Shown here: one piece after another, positions 1 to 9,878 of the stretch | Position numbering within the stretch: the first letter of the stretch is position 1 | How the letters are laid out: each line of letters begins with the position of its first letter | NCBI GenBank assembly: GCA_964637135.1 | Contig: CAZWTX010000012.1 | Location: 1-63,242 of the forward strand | Direction of reading: 5' to 3' | Origin: an uncultured Methanospirillum sp. | GTDB taxonomy: Archaea > Halobacteriota > Methanomicrobia > Methanomicrobiales > Methanospirillaceae | DNA: 63,242 bases | The notes under the pieces: model-generated | What the model was told of the DNA's origin: nothing | Database searches by the model: none | The model's input: the letters and a program-made list of their open reading frames with translations, nothing else | Translations under genes and position numbers: made by a program

Positions 1-72
1 ATTACGGAGAAATAAACGATAACCAGGATACATACGAATATTCCAGAAGAAATAGCCATATAGGGGAAAACC

Positions 73-3000
73 ATGACGAACAATGACGAGGTGGTGCTCA
101 GGAAGAACCGAAAAACCATCATATACACCATCATTCTCGTAATCGTCTTTTTTATCCTACTCTCGTCCTCCATATCGTTCATCCTGATTGGTACCTATAC
201 CGCGATCGAAGATGATGAAGTGATCTCACGGGCAGATCGTCTGCAGGTATCCCTGAATGAATCGATTGAAAACCTCAAGCGGGCCGCGGATGACTATGCT
301 GTATGGGATGAAATGGCTGAATATGTCCTATTCCCGACCCGTAAATTTGAAGAGATGAACCTGGTTGATAAATCATTCATTGACCTTGGCTTAGATATTG
401 TCGGGGTTTATGATAAGAACCTCAATCCTCTCTACCTCCATGATTTCACGCAGAATGAAACAAACGGGTTTCCGTTGGATCCTGCCATGGAGGATTACCT
501 GATCCAGGCAATTCATCGCATGGTTCCCGATGGGGAATCGTCGCCTGAAAATGCCGGGTTTATATTCCAGAACGGGACTCGGGCAGGTATCATTGTTGTC
601 AGGCCGATCACGTACCACACTACAGATACACAGACCGGTGGTGTCCTTATCATGGCACGGTTCTTTTCAGAGCCGTTTGTCAAGAAGCTTTCAATCCCGT
701 TTAAAAGCAGGCTGCAGGTGTTCCTGTCTGATGAAGAAAAGATCCCCGGCATCACTGAATTATCCCGGGATGAACCGGTTATCGTTATCAAAAATGAAAC
801 AGATATCACTTCAATAATCGCGATCTCTGATCGGCTCAGCGGAAAAAAAACCCTGTTTCAACTCACCTCCCCGAGAACAATTTACCAGCAGGGATTATCA
901 ACGCTCTTCACCTATTTACTGGTTATTGCATTCCTGATCGGGGTGTTCTCCTTCCTGATTGTGATCGCAATCCAGTACTATTTCAGACATACCCGGCAGA
1001 TAATCATGGAGGTCAGACGGAAGGACTCATCTTACCAGAATCTCCTCAATTCCCAGGGAACTGCGTTTTTTCGCCTTGATTTTTCCGGCATTATTCAGGA
1101 GATCAGTCCCGGGGGAATCAGTATGCTCGGCTTTACTGATCAGTCCGAGATCATCGGAAAGAGGCTGTCTGATTTTTATCAGAACCCGGATGACAGTGAA
1201 AAACTCCGCGGGATCCTTCTGAAAGAAAAGGAGATCAAAAATTACCCGGTTGTTGTAAAGCGGAAGGATGGATCCCTCACCTTCGTCACGGCGAATGCTC
1301 ACCTGTTATTCTCAAATACCGGAGAAGTCATCGGGTTTGAAGGGGTTGTCCATGACCAGACCGAGAGGATCCTCACTGGAAAGGCCCTTGAAGAGACAGA
1401 ACAACAATACCGGCTGCTATATGAGGGAACCAATATCGGAATATTCCAGAGCACCCCCGATGGAAAATTACATTCATGCAACCCGGCATTCTCACGGATA
1501 CTCGGATACAGCAGCCCGGAACAGATGAAAACAGAGATCTGGGATCTTGCAGAGGACGTTTATGCCAACCCGGATGATCGGAATATCCTTCTCGACCTGA
1601 TTAATCAGAAAGGGATAGTCGAGAACTATGAGGTTCTTTTCCGGAGAAGAGGCCGGGAACCGGTATGGGTTACCCTGAACAGCGTCGTAATCCGTGACAA
1701 GGAAAGCCGGTTGGTCTTCTTCCTCTCCACGGTTATCAATATAAACGACAAGAAAAAGGCTGAATCAGCACTTCAGGCCTCTGAAGAGAAATACCGGGTT
1801 GTCGCTGACAATACGTATGACTGGGAGTTCTGGAGAGACCAGGACGGGATTTTCAGGTATGTCTCTCCGTCCTGCATGAGAATTTCCGGATATCAGGCAG
1901 AACAATTTCTGGCTGATGATACCTTTTTTTCCCGGATCATTTACCCGGATGACCAGGCAATCTGGAGTGACCATGAAAACCCGGAGAATGACCGGGAGCA
2001 TGGATCCCTTGAACTCAGGATCATTCATGCAGACGGATCTATCAGATGGATACAGCATATCTGGCATCCGGTTATTTCTCCGGATGGGAGATATCTCGGA
2101 AAACGTGGGAGTAACCGGGACATTACCGAGAAAAAGGAGATTGAAGTTGCATTGAAAGAAAGCGAAGAGAAATATCGCAGCATATTTTCACAATCACCGG
2201 TCGCCATCCTCATTCACAGCTGGGAGGGGGTGGTTCTTGATGCAAATGCCACAGCAATGGAACTCTTCAATATTTCCAGTTCAGACCTGGCCAGCCGGAT
2301 GCCCATGAGTCATCACATCATCTCCCGGGATGAGTACCAGGAACTCATCAGCGGAGCGTCCATAGAGAAAGAGATTAAACTGGATTCATCTGCTTTCAGC
2401 AGGGATAATGGAACCCCTGCAGGTATTGGGTCGCGGTATCTTCATGTAATCGTTACTCCCGTCCCTCACCCGACCATTCCGGATAATGGATGGTTACTTG
2501 CCCATATCAGGGATATATCTGCACTTAAAGAGAGCCTTCAGGCACTTACCAGGAGCGAACTCAGGTTAAGAGAGGCGGAGAAGATATCGCATGTCGGCCA
2601 CTGGGAACTCGACAACCGGAATAATATCCTGATCTGGTCGGACGAGGTGTATGATATCTTTGAAATACCAGTTGAAGAGGAGATAAGGACATATGATCTG
2701 TTCCTCGATAAAATCCACCCGGAAGACCGGGATTTTGTATCTGAATTGTTCGACCTGCACCTGAGAGAGAAAAAACCCTTTGATATTATTCACCGCATCC
2801 TGACCCCCGGGGGGAGGATAAAATATGTGCGGGAGATATGCAGGACCGAATGGAGCAGGTTGGATACTCCTGTCAGAACGCTCGGTATCATCCAGGACAT
2901 CACGAGCCTGAAGGAGTCAGAACAGGCATTGATTGCCAGTGAGGGGAAATATCAGTCGGTCGTATCTTCCCTGTCTGAGGGAATTTTTGTTCAGGATGAA

Positions 3001-4434
3001 CAGGGACTGATAATCACCTGGAACAAGTCTGCAGAGATAATTCTTGGAATTTCCTTCGCCGAGTCAGATGAGACCGAACCCGGGAAATTCTGGGAACATT
3101 TTTCACAACCGGACGGAAAATATCTTGGGGACCAGGAAAATCCCGCCAGGACAGCCCTTTCTTCGGGAAAAACCACCAGGATTCCGCGACTCCTGTTCCG
3201 GAGGGAGGATGGAAGGAATGTCTGGATCTCTCTGACCGCACAACCGATGGATTCCGCCGGGCAGAACGTCATGCAGGTTGTGTGCTCTATGACCGATATC
3301 ACAAATGAGGTCCGGGACAGTCAGGCTCGTGACACCCTCCTTGACCTCTACCAGAACGCTGACCTAATATCCACCTCAGGAATCATGAAATACGGGTTGC
3401 AGGCCTGCCAGATGGTGACCGGAAGCAGGAAGGTACTTCTTTCAGTTCCCGACCCCGCAGTTTTTCAGATGCTGGATCGGGAAACAGGTCCGACAGAGGA
3501 ACCTGAAACCGGTTTCCAGATCATCCCACCGGATGCCATGTACGAATATCCGGGTTTTAAGACGTGTTTCTCCACGAGGAGACCGGTCATCCATAACAGG
3601 ATACCTGCCAGTTCAAGTGAAAAAACCATAATCGAACCTCCTTTTTCAGAGCGGGAGATAGTCGTTCCGGTACTTGAGCGGGAGGACGTCGTTGCGATGG
3701 TTGCCGTCTCAGGGAAAAACTGGGAATACGATCAGGATGATATCAACGCTATCACCCTGGTTTTCGGGAATATCTGGACGATCATCAGGCACCGGCTGGC
3801 CGAACAGATGATTCGAGAAAACGAACTGAAATACCGTCTGATGTTTAATAACGTCTCTCTGTGCCTGGCATTATACGAGGTGTCACCATCAGGCAGACCT
3901 GACAGGATCCTTGATCTCAATCCAAAAGGTCAGGAGATGTTCCAGAAAACAACATCTGAAATCATTGAGAGCGGGGATTCATTACATTCCTTTTTCCGCT
4001 GGCCTGATTCGGAAGGGGCAGGGCCGGTTGATCCGCTGTCAGGTCACCCCTTTGAGACAACCCTCCTGCAAATATCCGGAAGTGAACTGCCGGTTTTGAT
4101 GACACTCAACACCTTCCAGATAAACGCGAGACCGGTTGGCCTTGCCATCATTGAAGACCTCTCGATGAAGAAGACATTTGAAAAGGAGCGGATTGATCTC
4201 ATCAATCAGATCGAGAAGAACATGACTGAAATGGCCATTCTTAATGATGGTATTAGAAATCCCCTTACCGTCATTCTCATGCTCTCCAATGCCCTTCCCG
4301 AAGAGGATCAGAAGAAGATACGGTACCATATCCTTGACATTGATCAGTTAATCAATCAACTGGACCGCCGGTGGATTGAATCAGAGAAGATCCTCAAGTT
4401 CCTGCAGAAACATTATAACCTCCATTACCGGTGA
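73..4434 (+). CDS. Membrane-anchored CHASE4 + multi-PAS/PAC + GAF sensor protein with degenerate C-terminal HisKA-like helix and no HATPase domain
   Basis: Two TM segments flank a CHASE4-like region (DYAVWDEMAEYV); many PAS/PAC repeats; GAF-like segment; ends in LNDGIRNPLTVI plus about 50 aa. Confidence 0.85.
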   Translation: MTNNDEVVLRKNRKTIIYTIILVIVFFILLSSSISFILIGTYTAIEDDEVISRADRLQVSLNESIENLKRAADDYAVWDEMAEYVLFPTRKFEEMNLVDKSFIDLGLDIVGVYDKNLNPLYLHDFTQNETNGFPLDPAMEDYLIQAIHRMVPDGESSPENAGFIFQNGTRAGIIVVRPITYHTTDTQTGGVLIMARFFSEPFVKKLSIPFKSRLQVFLSDEEKIPGITELSRDEPVIVIKNETDITSIIAISDRLSGKKTLFQLTSPRTIYQQGLSTLFTYLLVIAFLIGVFSFLIVIAIQYYFRHTRQIIMEVRRKDSSYQNLLNSQGTAFFRLDFSGIIQEISPGGISMLGFTDQSEIIGKRLSDFYQNPDDSEKLRGILLKEKEIKNYPVVVKRKDGSLTFVTANAHLLFSNTGEVIGFEGVVHDQTERILTGKALEETEQQYRLLYEGTNIGIFQSTPDGKLHSCNPAFSRILGYSSPEQMKTEIWDLAEDVYANPDDRNILLDLINQKGIVENYEVLFRRRGREPVWVTLNSVVIRDKESRLVFFLSTVININDKKKAESALQASEEKYRVVADNTYDWEFWRDQDGIFRYVSPSCMRISGYQAEQFLADDTFFSRIIYPDDQAIWSDHENPENDREHGSLELRIIHADGSIRWIQHIWHPVISPDGRYLGKRGSNRDITEKKEIEVALKESEEKYRSIFSQSPVAILIHSWEGVVLDANATAMELFNISSSDLASRMPMSHHIISRDEYQELISGASIEKEIKLDSSAFSRDNGTPAGIGSRYLHVIVTPVPHPTIPDNGWLLAHIRDISALKESLQALTRSELRLREAEKISHVGHWELDNRNNILIWSDEVYDIFEIPVEEEIRTYDLFLDKIHPEDRDFVSELFDLHLREKKPFDIIHRILTPGGRIKYVREICRTEWSRLDTPVRTLGIIQDITSLKESEQALIASEGKYQSVVSSLSEGIFVQDEQGLIITWNKSAEIILGISFAESDETEPGKFWEHFSQPDGKYLGDQENPARTALSSGKTTRIPRLLFRREDGRNVWISLTAQPMDSAGQNVMQVVCSMTDITNEVRDSQARDTLLDLYQNADLISTSGIMKYGLQACQMVTGSRKVLLSVPDPAVFQMLDRETGPTEEPETGFQIIPPDAMYEYPGFKTCFSTRRPVIHNRIPASSSEKTIIEPPFSEREIVVPVLEREDVVAMVAVSGKNWEYDQDDINAITLVFGNIWTIIRHRLAEQMIRENELKYRLMFNNVSLCLALYEVSPSGRPDRILDLNPKGQEMFQKTTSEIIESGDSLHSFFRWPDSEGAGPVDPLSGHPFETTLLQISGSELPVLMTLNTFQINARPVGLAIIEDLSMKKTFEKERIDLINQIEKNMTEMAILNDGIRNPLTVILMLSNALPEEDQKKIRYHILDIDQLINQLDRRWIESEKILKFLQKHYNLHYR

Positions 4435-4517
4435 TAGCAGGGGTCAGGACTGTCCGGACCCGGAGGGAGGTGAATCCGGACGGGTTTTTGCAGAAGAGGG
4501 GATCAAACCCGGCAGGG

Positions 4518-5111
4518 CTACTGATTAAATAACCCAGATAATACCGGGTAAACCTGTTCAATGACCTGTTCGGCATCCATCTTCACGGATGAATCACAAA
4601 TATGACAAATCAGGACCCGGGCCCAGGAGTATGTGATTGAAATCAGGATATCCAACGGGATATCCCTGATAGTTCCCTGACTGATTCCTTCCGAGAACAT
4701 CTGCCGAAGGAAAAAAAACTCAGATTCCCCGTACTTATGTGCTGATTCAGAAATATCGGGAGAGGAACTGTATTGTTCCATGAACCGGATCTTATCCGGA
4801 TTCGCCACCCCCCACATGACAAAATTCTTCAGTACCTGATACGTTTTATCAGCGATTGCCCCATCATGGCCGGTACCTGACCGCACCACCAATCCTGCTT
4901 CATGCTTAATGCGCCGGTACAATTCATCAATCAGGGCTTCTTTTGTGGGGAAATAATGGAACAGGGTTCCTGTTGCAACACCGGCCTCTTTTGCGATGAG
5001 TGCCGTGGGTGTTCCGTGAAATCCGCGGGTCGTGAATAGAAACAGGGCGGCAGCAAGCAGGGCGTCCTCTTTTAACCCCTGGATCCGTTCTTCAGCCATG
5101 GGATCAGCCAT
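4518..5111 (-). CDS. TetR/AcrR family transcriptional regulator
   Basis: N-terminal HTH: AALFLFTTRGFHGTPTALIAKEAGVATGTLFHYFPTKEAL. Confidence 0.93.
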   Translation of the reverse strand: MADPMAEERIQGLKEDALLAAALFLFTTRGFHGTPTALIAKEAGVATGTLFHYFPTKEALIDELYRRIKHEAGLVVRSGTGHDGAIADKTYQVLKNFVMWGVANPDKIRFMEQYSSSPDISESAHKYGESEFFFLRQMFSEGISQGTIRDIPLDILISITYSWARVLICHICDSSVKMDAEQVIEQVYPVLSGLFNQ

Positions 5112-5273
5112 CAGACCGGAGAGGAGATTGGAATACGGGCTGATTCACCCTCTTCCATGACCAGGTCTCCGGTACCGGAATACCCGCTTCGGGATACTGG
5201 CACGGGCTCTCACAGATAGGATATCGCCGCTCGGAAAGAGAAACCTGCCATCTCGTGAAGCACCAGACCATTG

Positions 5274-6497
5274 TTACCTGCTCCGGAAGAGTTCGATACG
5301 CCTCATTACCGGGATGAGAACCGGGGCCAGCCGGGTTACAAGGATGAAAAGCGGCCCTTCAAGGAGGGAGGCTACATTAGAGAGACGATCAGGGATGAGA
5401 ATATGCTGAGGGCATGATGAGAGGCATCTGTTACACCTGATACATCGGGAGGCCATACTTCTGGCACCCATGACACCCCCTAACCAGAGGGCATACCTGA
5501 CCTTTGTGAACCACTTGTTTTCAAAGAGATAGTAACTGTTGTAGAGATCAAAACATCCGGGAATATTAACTCCGGCCGGACAGGGCATACAATACTGGCA
5601 CCCGGTGCAGGAAACTTTCATCAGAGCACGGTATGTGTCAACTGCCCGGGTGATCACCGAACGCTCTTCCCCGGTCAGCGAACCGGGAAGGGTGGTCACT
5701 GCGGTAGCGATATTCTCGATGAGCTGGTTTTCTTCATTCATCCCAGAGAGAATGGTCGTGACTTCAGGCTGATCCAGGAGCCATTTCAAGGCCCATTCAG
5801 CAGGAAAATGGTGGACAGGGGCACTATCCCAGATTGCCTGTACCTCCGGCGGGGGTGTCCGGGCAAGACTGCCTCCCCGGAGGGGTTCCATGATTATGAC
5901 ACCCAGCCCCTTTCCGGCCGCATACAACAGGCCTTCCCTGCCGGCCTGGGTGTTCTCATCCAGGATATTGTATTGGATCTGGCAAAAATCCCAGTTATAT
6001 TCGTCTACGATTGTCCTGAAGGATCGGACATCCTCGTGAAATGAGAATCCTGCAAAACGGATTCTTCCATCTGTAAGGGCAGTATCGAGAAAATCACGAA
6101 TCCCAAGATTTTTCATCTTTTCCCAGGATTCTCTTCCGATGGAATGGACAAGGTAATAATCGATGTGATCCGTCTCGAGTTTTTCGAGTTGTGCATTCAG
6201 GAAAACATCCATATCTTCACGGCTTTTTACAAGCCACTGGGGAAGTTTGGTTGCCAGTTTCACTTTCTGCCGGTACCCGTCACGCATCGCCCGGCCAACC
6301 AGCGGTTCACTCTGGCCGCCATGATACGGCCAGGCAGTATCAAGATAGGTGACACCTCGGTCAACCGCCATCCTGATTAGCCGTATTGCCGCATCCTCGT
6401 CAATACGACCGTTCTTTAGCGGCAATCTCATACACCCGAATCCGAGAACGGGGAGGGATTCACCGGTTTTGGGAATGGTTCTCTGCTGCATGATCAT
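5274..6497 (-). CDS. Aldo/keto reductase with C-terminal 4Fe-4S dicluster domain
   Basis: LGFGCMRLP, YLDTAWPYHGG; CTGCQYCMPCP and CIRCNRCLSSCP Fe-S motifs. Confidence 0.92.
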   Translation of the reverse strand: MIMQQRTIPKTGESLPVLGFGCMRLPLKNGRIDEDAAIRLIRMAVDRGVTYLDTAWPYHGGQSEPLVGRAMRDGYRQKVKLATKLPQWLVKSREDMDVFLNAQLEKLETDHIDYYLVHSIGRESWEKMKNLGIRDFLDTALTDGRIRFAGFSFHEDVRSFRTIVDEYNWDFCQIQYNILDENTQAGREGLLYAAGKGLGVIIMEPLRGGSLARTPPPEVQAIWDSAPVHHFPAEWALKWLLDQPEVTTILSGMNEENQLIENIATAVTTLPGSLTGEERSVITRAVDTYRALMKVSCTGCQYCMPCPAGVNIPGCFDLYNSYYLFENKWFTKVRYALWLGGVMGARSMASRCIRCNRCLSSCPQHILIPDRLSNVASLLEGPLFILVTRLAPVLIPVMRRIELFRSR

Positions 6498-6501
6498 ACA
6501 C

Positions 6502-6515
6502 TGACTGATTAGTCA
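6502..6515. promoter_or_regulatory. Candidate TetR operator TGACTGATTAGTCA
   Basis: Inverted repeat TGACT-N4-AGTCA 4 nt upstream of the reductase ATG and downstream of a minus-strand TATA-like element (~6531-6538); TetR gene lies downstream on the same strand. Confidence 0.6.
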
Positions 6516-6640
6516 ATCAATTGAGTCCACTCTATAGAAACTTACCGGATGTAGCAGGATGAAACCAGGAAGAGAACAGCCTGACAGGATCATCCTATGT
6601 ACCAACCGGTCAGATAAGAGCATATGAAAACCGGAGAAAA

Positions 6641-7480
6641 ATGAACATGATAAAACACAGGAAATCAGCGGAAATGTCAATCCTGCTTATCCTCTTACTG
6701 ATAGCAACTGCCGGAGGATCCGTTCTGGCAAGTGCCCCTCAAACAGAGACAGGGGGAAAAATCCTCCTTGAACCTGAAACGCTCCTGGAGGAGAATCATT
6801 CAGCAGTTTTGAATGTTTCAGGCCGATGTGATCAGGAAAACCTGAAGGAAGCAACACTTTTCATCAGCAGACCGGCCGGTGAGGATCTGACACCGTATAC
6901 CCGCAAATTCAACGACAAGAACCTGCAGATGTCAATTGCATGGTGGATGGCACCCGGATTCATGGACAACACCACAGAGTTCAGGAGATACCAACGCGGG
7001 AACGATTCGGTAAAAAAATCCTACCCGGAAGAGAAACAGGTTTTTTTCAACCAGATTGAGGCAAATCTGGACATGGCGATGAACGGATCGGTCCTCACCG
7101 CAGACCAGATCCTGTTCAGGGGAATCAGCCCGGGTGTCACCGGCGAGGTCATGAATCACTCCCGGTATATTGAGGATGCCTATGCATCAACCTCGTATGA
7201 TCCCACAGTATGCCTGGATATCTTCAGCCCGGGAGATGATACGGGGTATCACAATCTCCTCGTGCTGGAACGAAAAGCAGGTGAACATGCCCTCTACATC
7301 AATGAGGACGAGAGGGAGATCCTGCTCCCACGGGGAACGAAATGGCAGGTCACGGCAGCAGTAGCGGTTGAGAACCTCCTGATCGAATCTGATTTCCCCC
7401 TCAACAGCAGGATCGATCAGTCAGAGGCTCTTCAGAATGTCAGGCTGATATACATCATCCCGGTAGGAGAAAACCCATGA
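6641..7480 (+). CDS. Secreted ADP-ribosyltransferase exoenzyme-like protein (VIP2/C3-like, R-S-E class)
   Basis: Hydrophobic signal peptide (SILLILLLIATAGGSVLA); LFRG, ASTS and EDEREILLPRG motifs in canonical order; start could be 6641, 6647 or 6674. Confidence 0.85.
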   Translation: MNMIKHRKSAEMSILLILLLIATAGGSVLASAPQTETGGKILLEPETLLEENHSAVLNVSGRCDQENLKEATLFISRPAGEDLTPYTRKFNDKNLQMSIAWWMAPGFMDNTTEFRRYQRGNDSVKKSYPEEKQVFFNQIEANLDMAMNGSVLTADQILFRGISPGVTGEVMNHSRYIEDAYASTSYDPTVCLDIFSPGDDTGYHNLLVLERKAGEHALYINEDEREILLPRGTKWQVTAAVAVENLLIESDFPLNSRIDQSEALQNVRLIYIIPVGENP

Positions 7481-7640
7481 AAGAGCATGAAATTTCCCCA
7501 AAAAAAGACAGGTTCATCCTGAAACAGGAGGATATCAGATTTATCGGGGATGAACAACCAGATACCCTGCAGATTGCCGAAGGAAAACGGTTTTTTGAGA
7601 GAATACTCAAGAAGATCCGAAGATGACCGGGGTCGTGGCC

Positions 7641-8417
7641 TTACAGGGTCCAGAGATACCCGTTCTTTTTGAGATAATCACGTTGTTCTGCGAAACTCGG
7701 CAGGAGACGGTGTACCAGTTCCCAGAATGCAGGGCCATGATTTGGTTGTTTCCGGTGGCACATCTCATGAACAACTACATATTCTATGATCTCCAGCGGA
7801 GCCATACAGAGTCTCACGTTAAACGTCAGACGATGAGGGGTACATGACCCCCATTTTGTCTTCTGGTTTCGTATCGAGATTTTTGGGGGAGGAATCTCAA
7901 GAAGAGAGGCATATTTCAGCAGACAGGGATGGATAACTTCCCTAAGCGATGACGAAAAGAACAATTCAATCTGGCTCCGGATTATTGCCTCCCGTTCGGA
8001 AGGAGGAAGGGCATCTGGCAGTATCATGACCAGTTCAGAACCTGCCAGGGTGACCGAAAGAGAAGGACCGGTTCTGATGCGCAGCGATATTTCGTCACCA
8101 AACCACGGATATTTTTCACCATCGGCATATGTTCTGACCGGCGGAGGAGTATAGACTGACCTGACGGTATGCACATGTATCCATGACGCATGTTCCCGGG
8201 CAAAATCCCGGATCACGGAATCTGAGACCCCCGGAGGGGAAACCACAGTAACAACACGGTCTCTCCCGATCCTGATGCTTAACCGCCTGGACCGCCCGCT
8301 TCTCCGGATGAAAAAGGGGATCGCCTGACCGAGGTAATGAACCACGTTTATCTGATCCTGATCAGATCCGGTCTGATCAGGTGCCAATAATACATGGCGG
8401 GAATGAGTATGAGCCAT
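7641..8417 (-). CDS. YgjP/DUF45-like (M48/SprT-related) zinc metallohydrolase
   Basis: RNQKTKWGSC, EYVVVHEMCH, PNHGPAFW motifs. Confidence 0.9.
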   Translation of the reverse strand: MAHTHSRHVLLAPDQTGSDQDQINVVHYLGQAIPFFIRRSGRSRRLSIRIGRDRVVTVVSPPGVSDSVIRDFAREHASWIHVHTVRSVYTPPPVRTYADGEKYPWFGDEISLRIRTGPSLSVTLAGSELVMILPDALPPSEREAIIRSQIELFFSSSLREVIHPCLLKYASLLEIPPPKISIRNQKTKWGSCTPHRLTFNVRLCMAPLEIIEYVVVHEMCHRKQPNHGPAFWELVHRLLPSFAEQRDYLKKNGYLWTL

Positions 8418-8802
8418 TACCGCGAACCTTCCAGAGGGAACATAGTCAGGTATGCTTTTACATGCGGTGCCGCAGATCCGGTTCTCTCCCGGATCCTGAA
8501 CAATCCCGGGTGGCTGGTGCCATGTATTTCAGTATTACTGTTCATCATCTTTGTGATTTGTTTATCAACAATCATTCCCAATGCCCATGTCTATTCAGAA
8601 ATTACATGAATATGACACCGGGCCGGGGACCAGAACCACAGAACCAGTGAGTATCCAACAGGTATGGCCTGCCGGCTCTTACCTCTTCTGTTCAATGGGA
8701 ATGCCCGGGAAGACACCATGATCTGATACCTTCCTGCCGTGAACAGAACACACGTTCTCCATAGGAATGTTGATACTAAAACGGGAAGATATTGCAATAA
8801 GA

Positions 8803-9672
8803 ATGAATACACGCATTATTTTTCTTCTTTTCTTCACCCTGACCCTGATTTCTGCCGCATCTGCCGGGAATTCATCACTCCTGATTTCCGATGTCTCATT
8901 CAGGGATGGGTTGATGTCAGTGATCTTTACCCCTGATAGTGGCAAATCTGAAAACCCGGACATCTATGCCCTGTACATCATGAGTGATTCATTATGTACC
9001 TATGCCAGATTCCTCGGATGGACACCGGCCCCTCTCCCGGGAGAAACCGCCATCCTCATTACCCCCTGGCCATCATCCCTTTCACCAGGGCAATACCAGG
9101 TGATTCTTGCCCCGATGGGTTCTGTACTGAAAACCCCGTGTTCGGATGATACCACCAGGCCATTCCCCGTAAACATACCGGATATCAGTGATGATGGAGA
9201 TGGACTCTCAGGAATCGTATCAGGAATGACCACCGCAACGGGTCCTGATTACCAGATCACTTCGCTGGAGATTCAGAACAAGAACAGCCGGATCCACCCG
9301 GGGGAAACGACGACGCTTGAAGGCATCATCAGGAACAACGGAACAGATGATCTCACCGGCCTTCCGATATCAGTTCATGCATATCTCGCACGGCAACAGC
9401 TCCTTCCGGCCACGGGGATCCTCCTGTCCCCCCTGAAATCAGGTGAAAAGATGCCATTTACAGCAACATATCACCTCCCGGATACTCCCGACCTTGGGGG
9501 ATTCACCCTTTCGGTTGTGGTTGGCCAAGAGATACTGCATACTGATCAGAACCCGGCAGATAATCTGAAAAAAGTCAGTGGGTTAGTCACGGTCATTCCG
9601 GTAGCCACCGAGATCCCGGGAATGTGTAGTGCATGTCACTCCTGGGAACGGCTGAAAAATAAACCCACATGA
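8803..9672 (+). CDS. Secreted CARDB/Ig-like domain protein with C-terminal CxxCH
   Basis: Signal peptide MNTRIIFLLFFTLTLISAASA; GPDYQITSLEI...IRNNGT...NPADN CARDB-like signature; CSACH at 9625-9639. Confidence 0.7.
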   Translation: MNTRIIFLLFFTLTLISAASAGNSSLLISDVSFRDGLMSVIFTPDSGKSENPDIYALYIMSDSLCTYARFLGWTPAPLPGETAILITPWPSSLSPGQYQVILAPMGSVLKTPCSDDTTRPFPVNIPDISDDGDGLSGIVSGMTTATGPDYQITSLEIQNKNSRIHPGETTTLEGIIRNNGTDDLTGLPISVHAYLARQQLLPATGILLSPLKSGEKMPFTATYHLPDTPDLGGFTLSVVVGQEILHTDQNPADNLKKVSGLVTVIPVATEIPGMCSACHSWERLKNKPT

Positions 9673-9878
9673 GGGGCATCAGAGAGATCAGTGGATCCCA
9701 TAACGACACGTCGGGTCCATGCATCCATACTGCCTTGCCGGAGATTCCGGGACATGTAATCGGCATGCAATTGCGGGATTACCTCCGGTAGAGGCAAGAA
9801 ATCTATACCAGATGAGGGCACACCTAAGGATATCTCACGTGATCGCTTCATCACCCCCTTCAGATTACGGGCTCTATC

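Noticed and set aside
7641..8417. YgjP-like hydrolase as partner or immunity protein of the ADP-ribosyltransferase, or as part of a type I R-M locus
   Set aside because: Convergent orientation, cytoplasmic, a widespread stand-alone family, and no hsd genes nearby.
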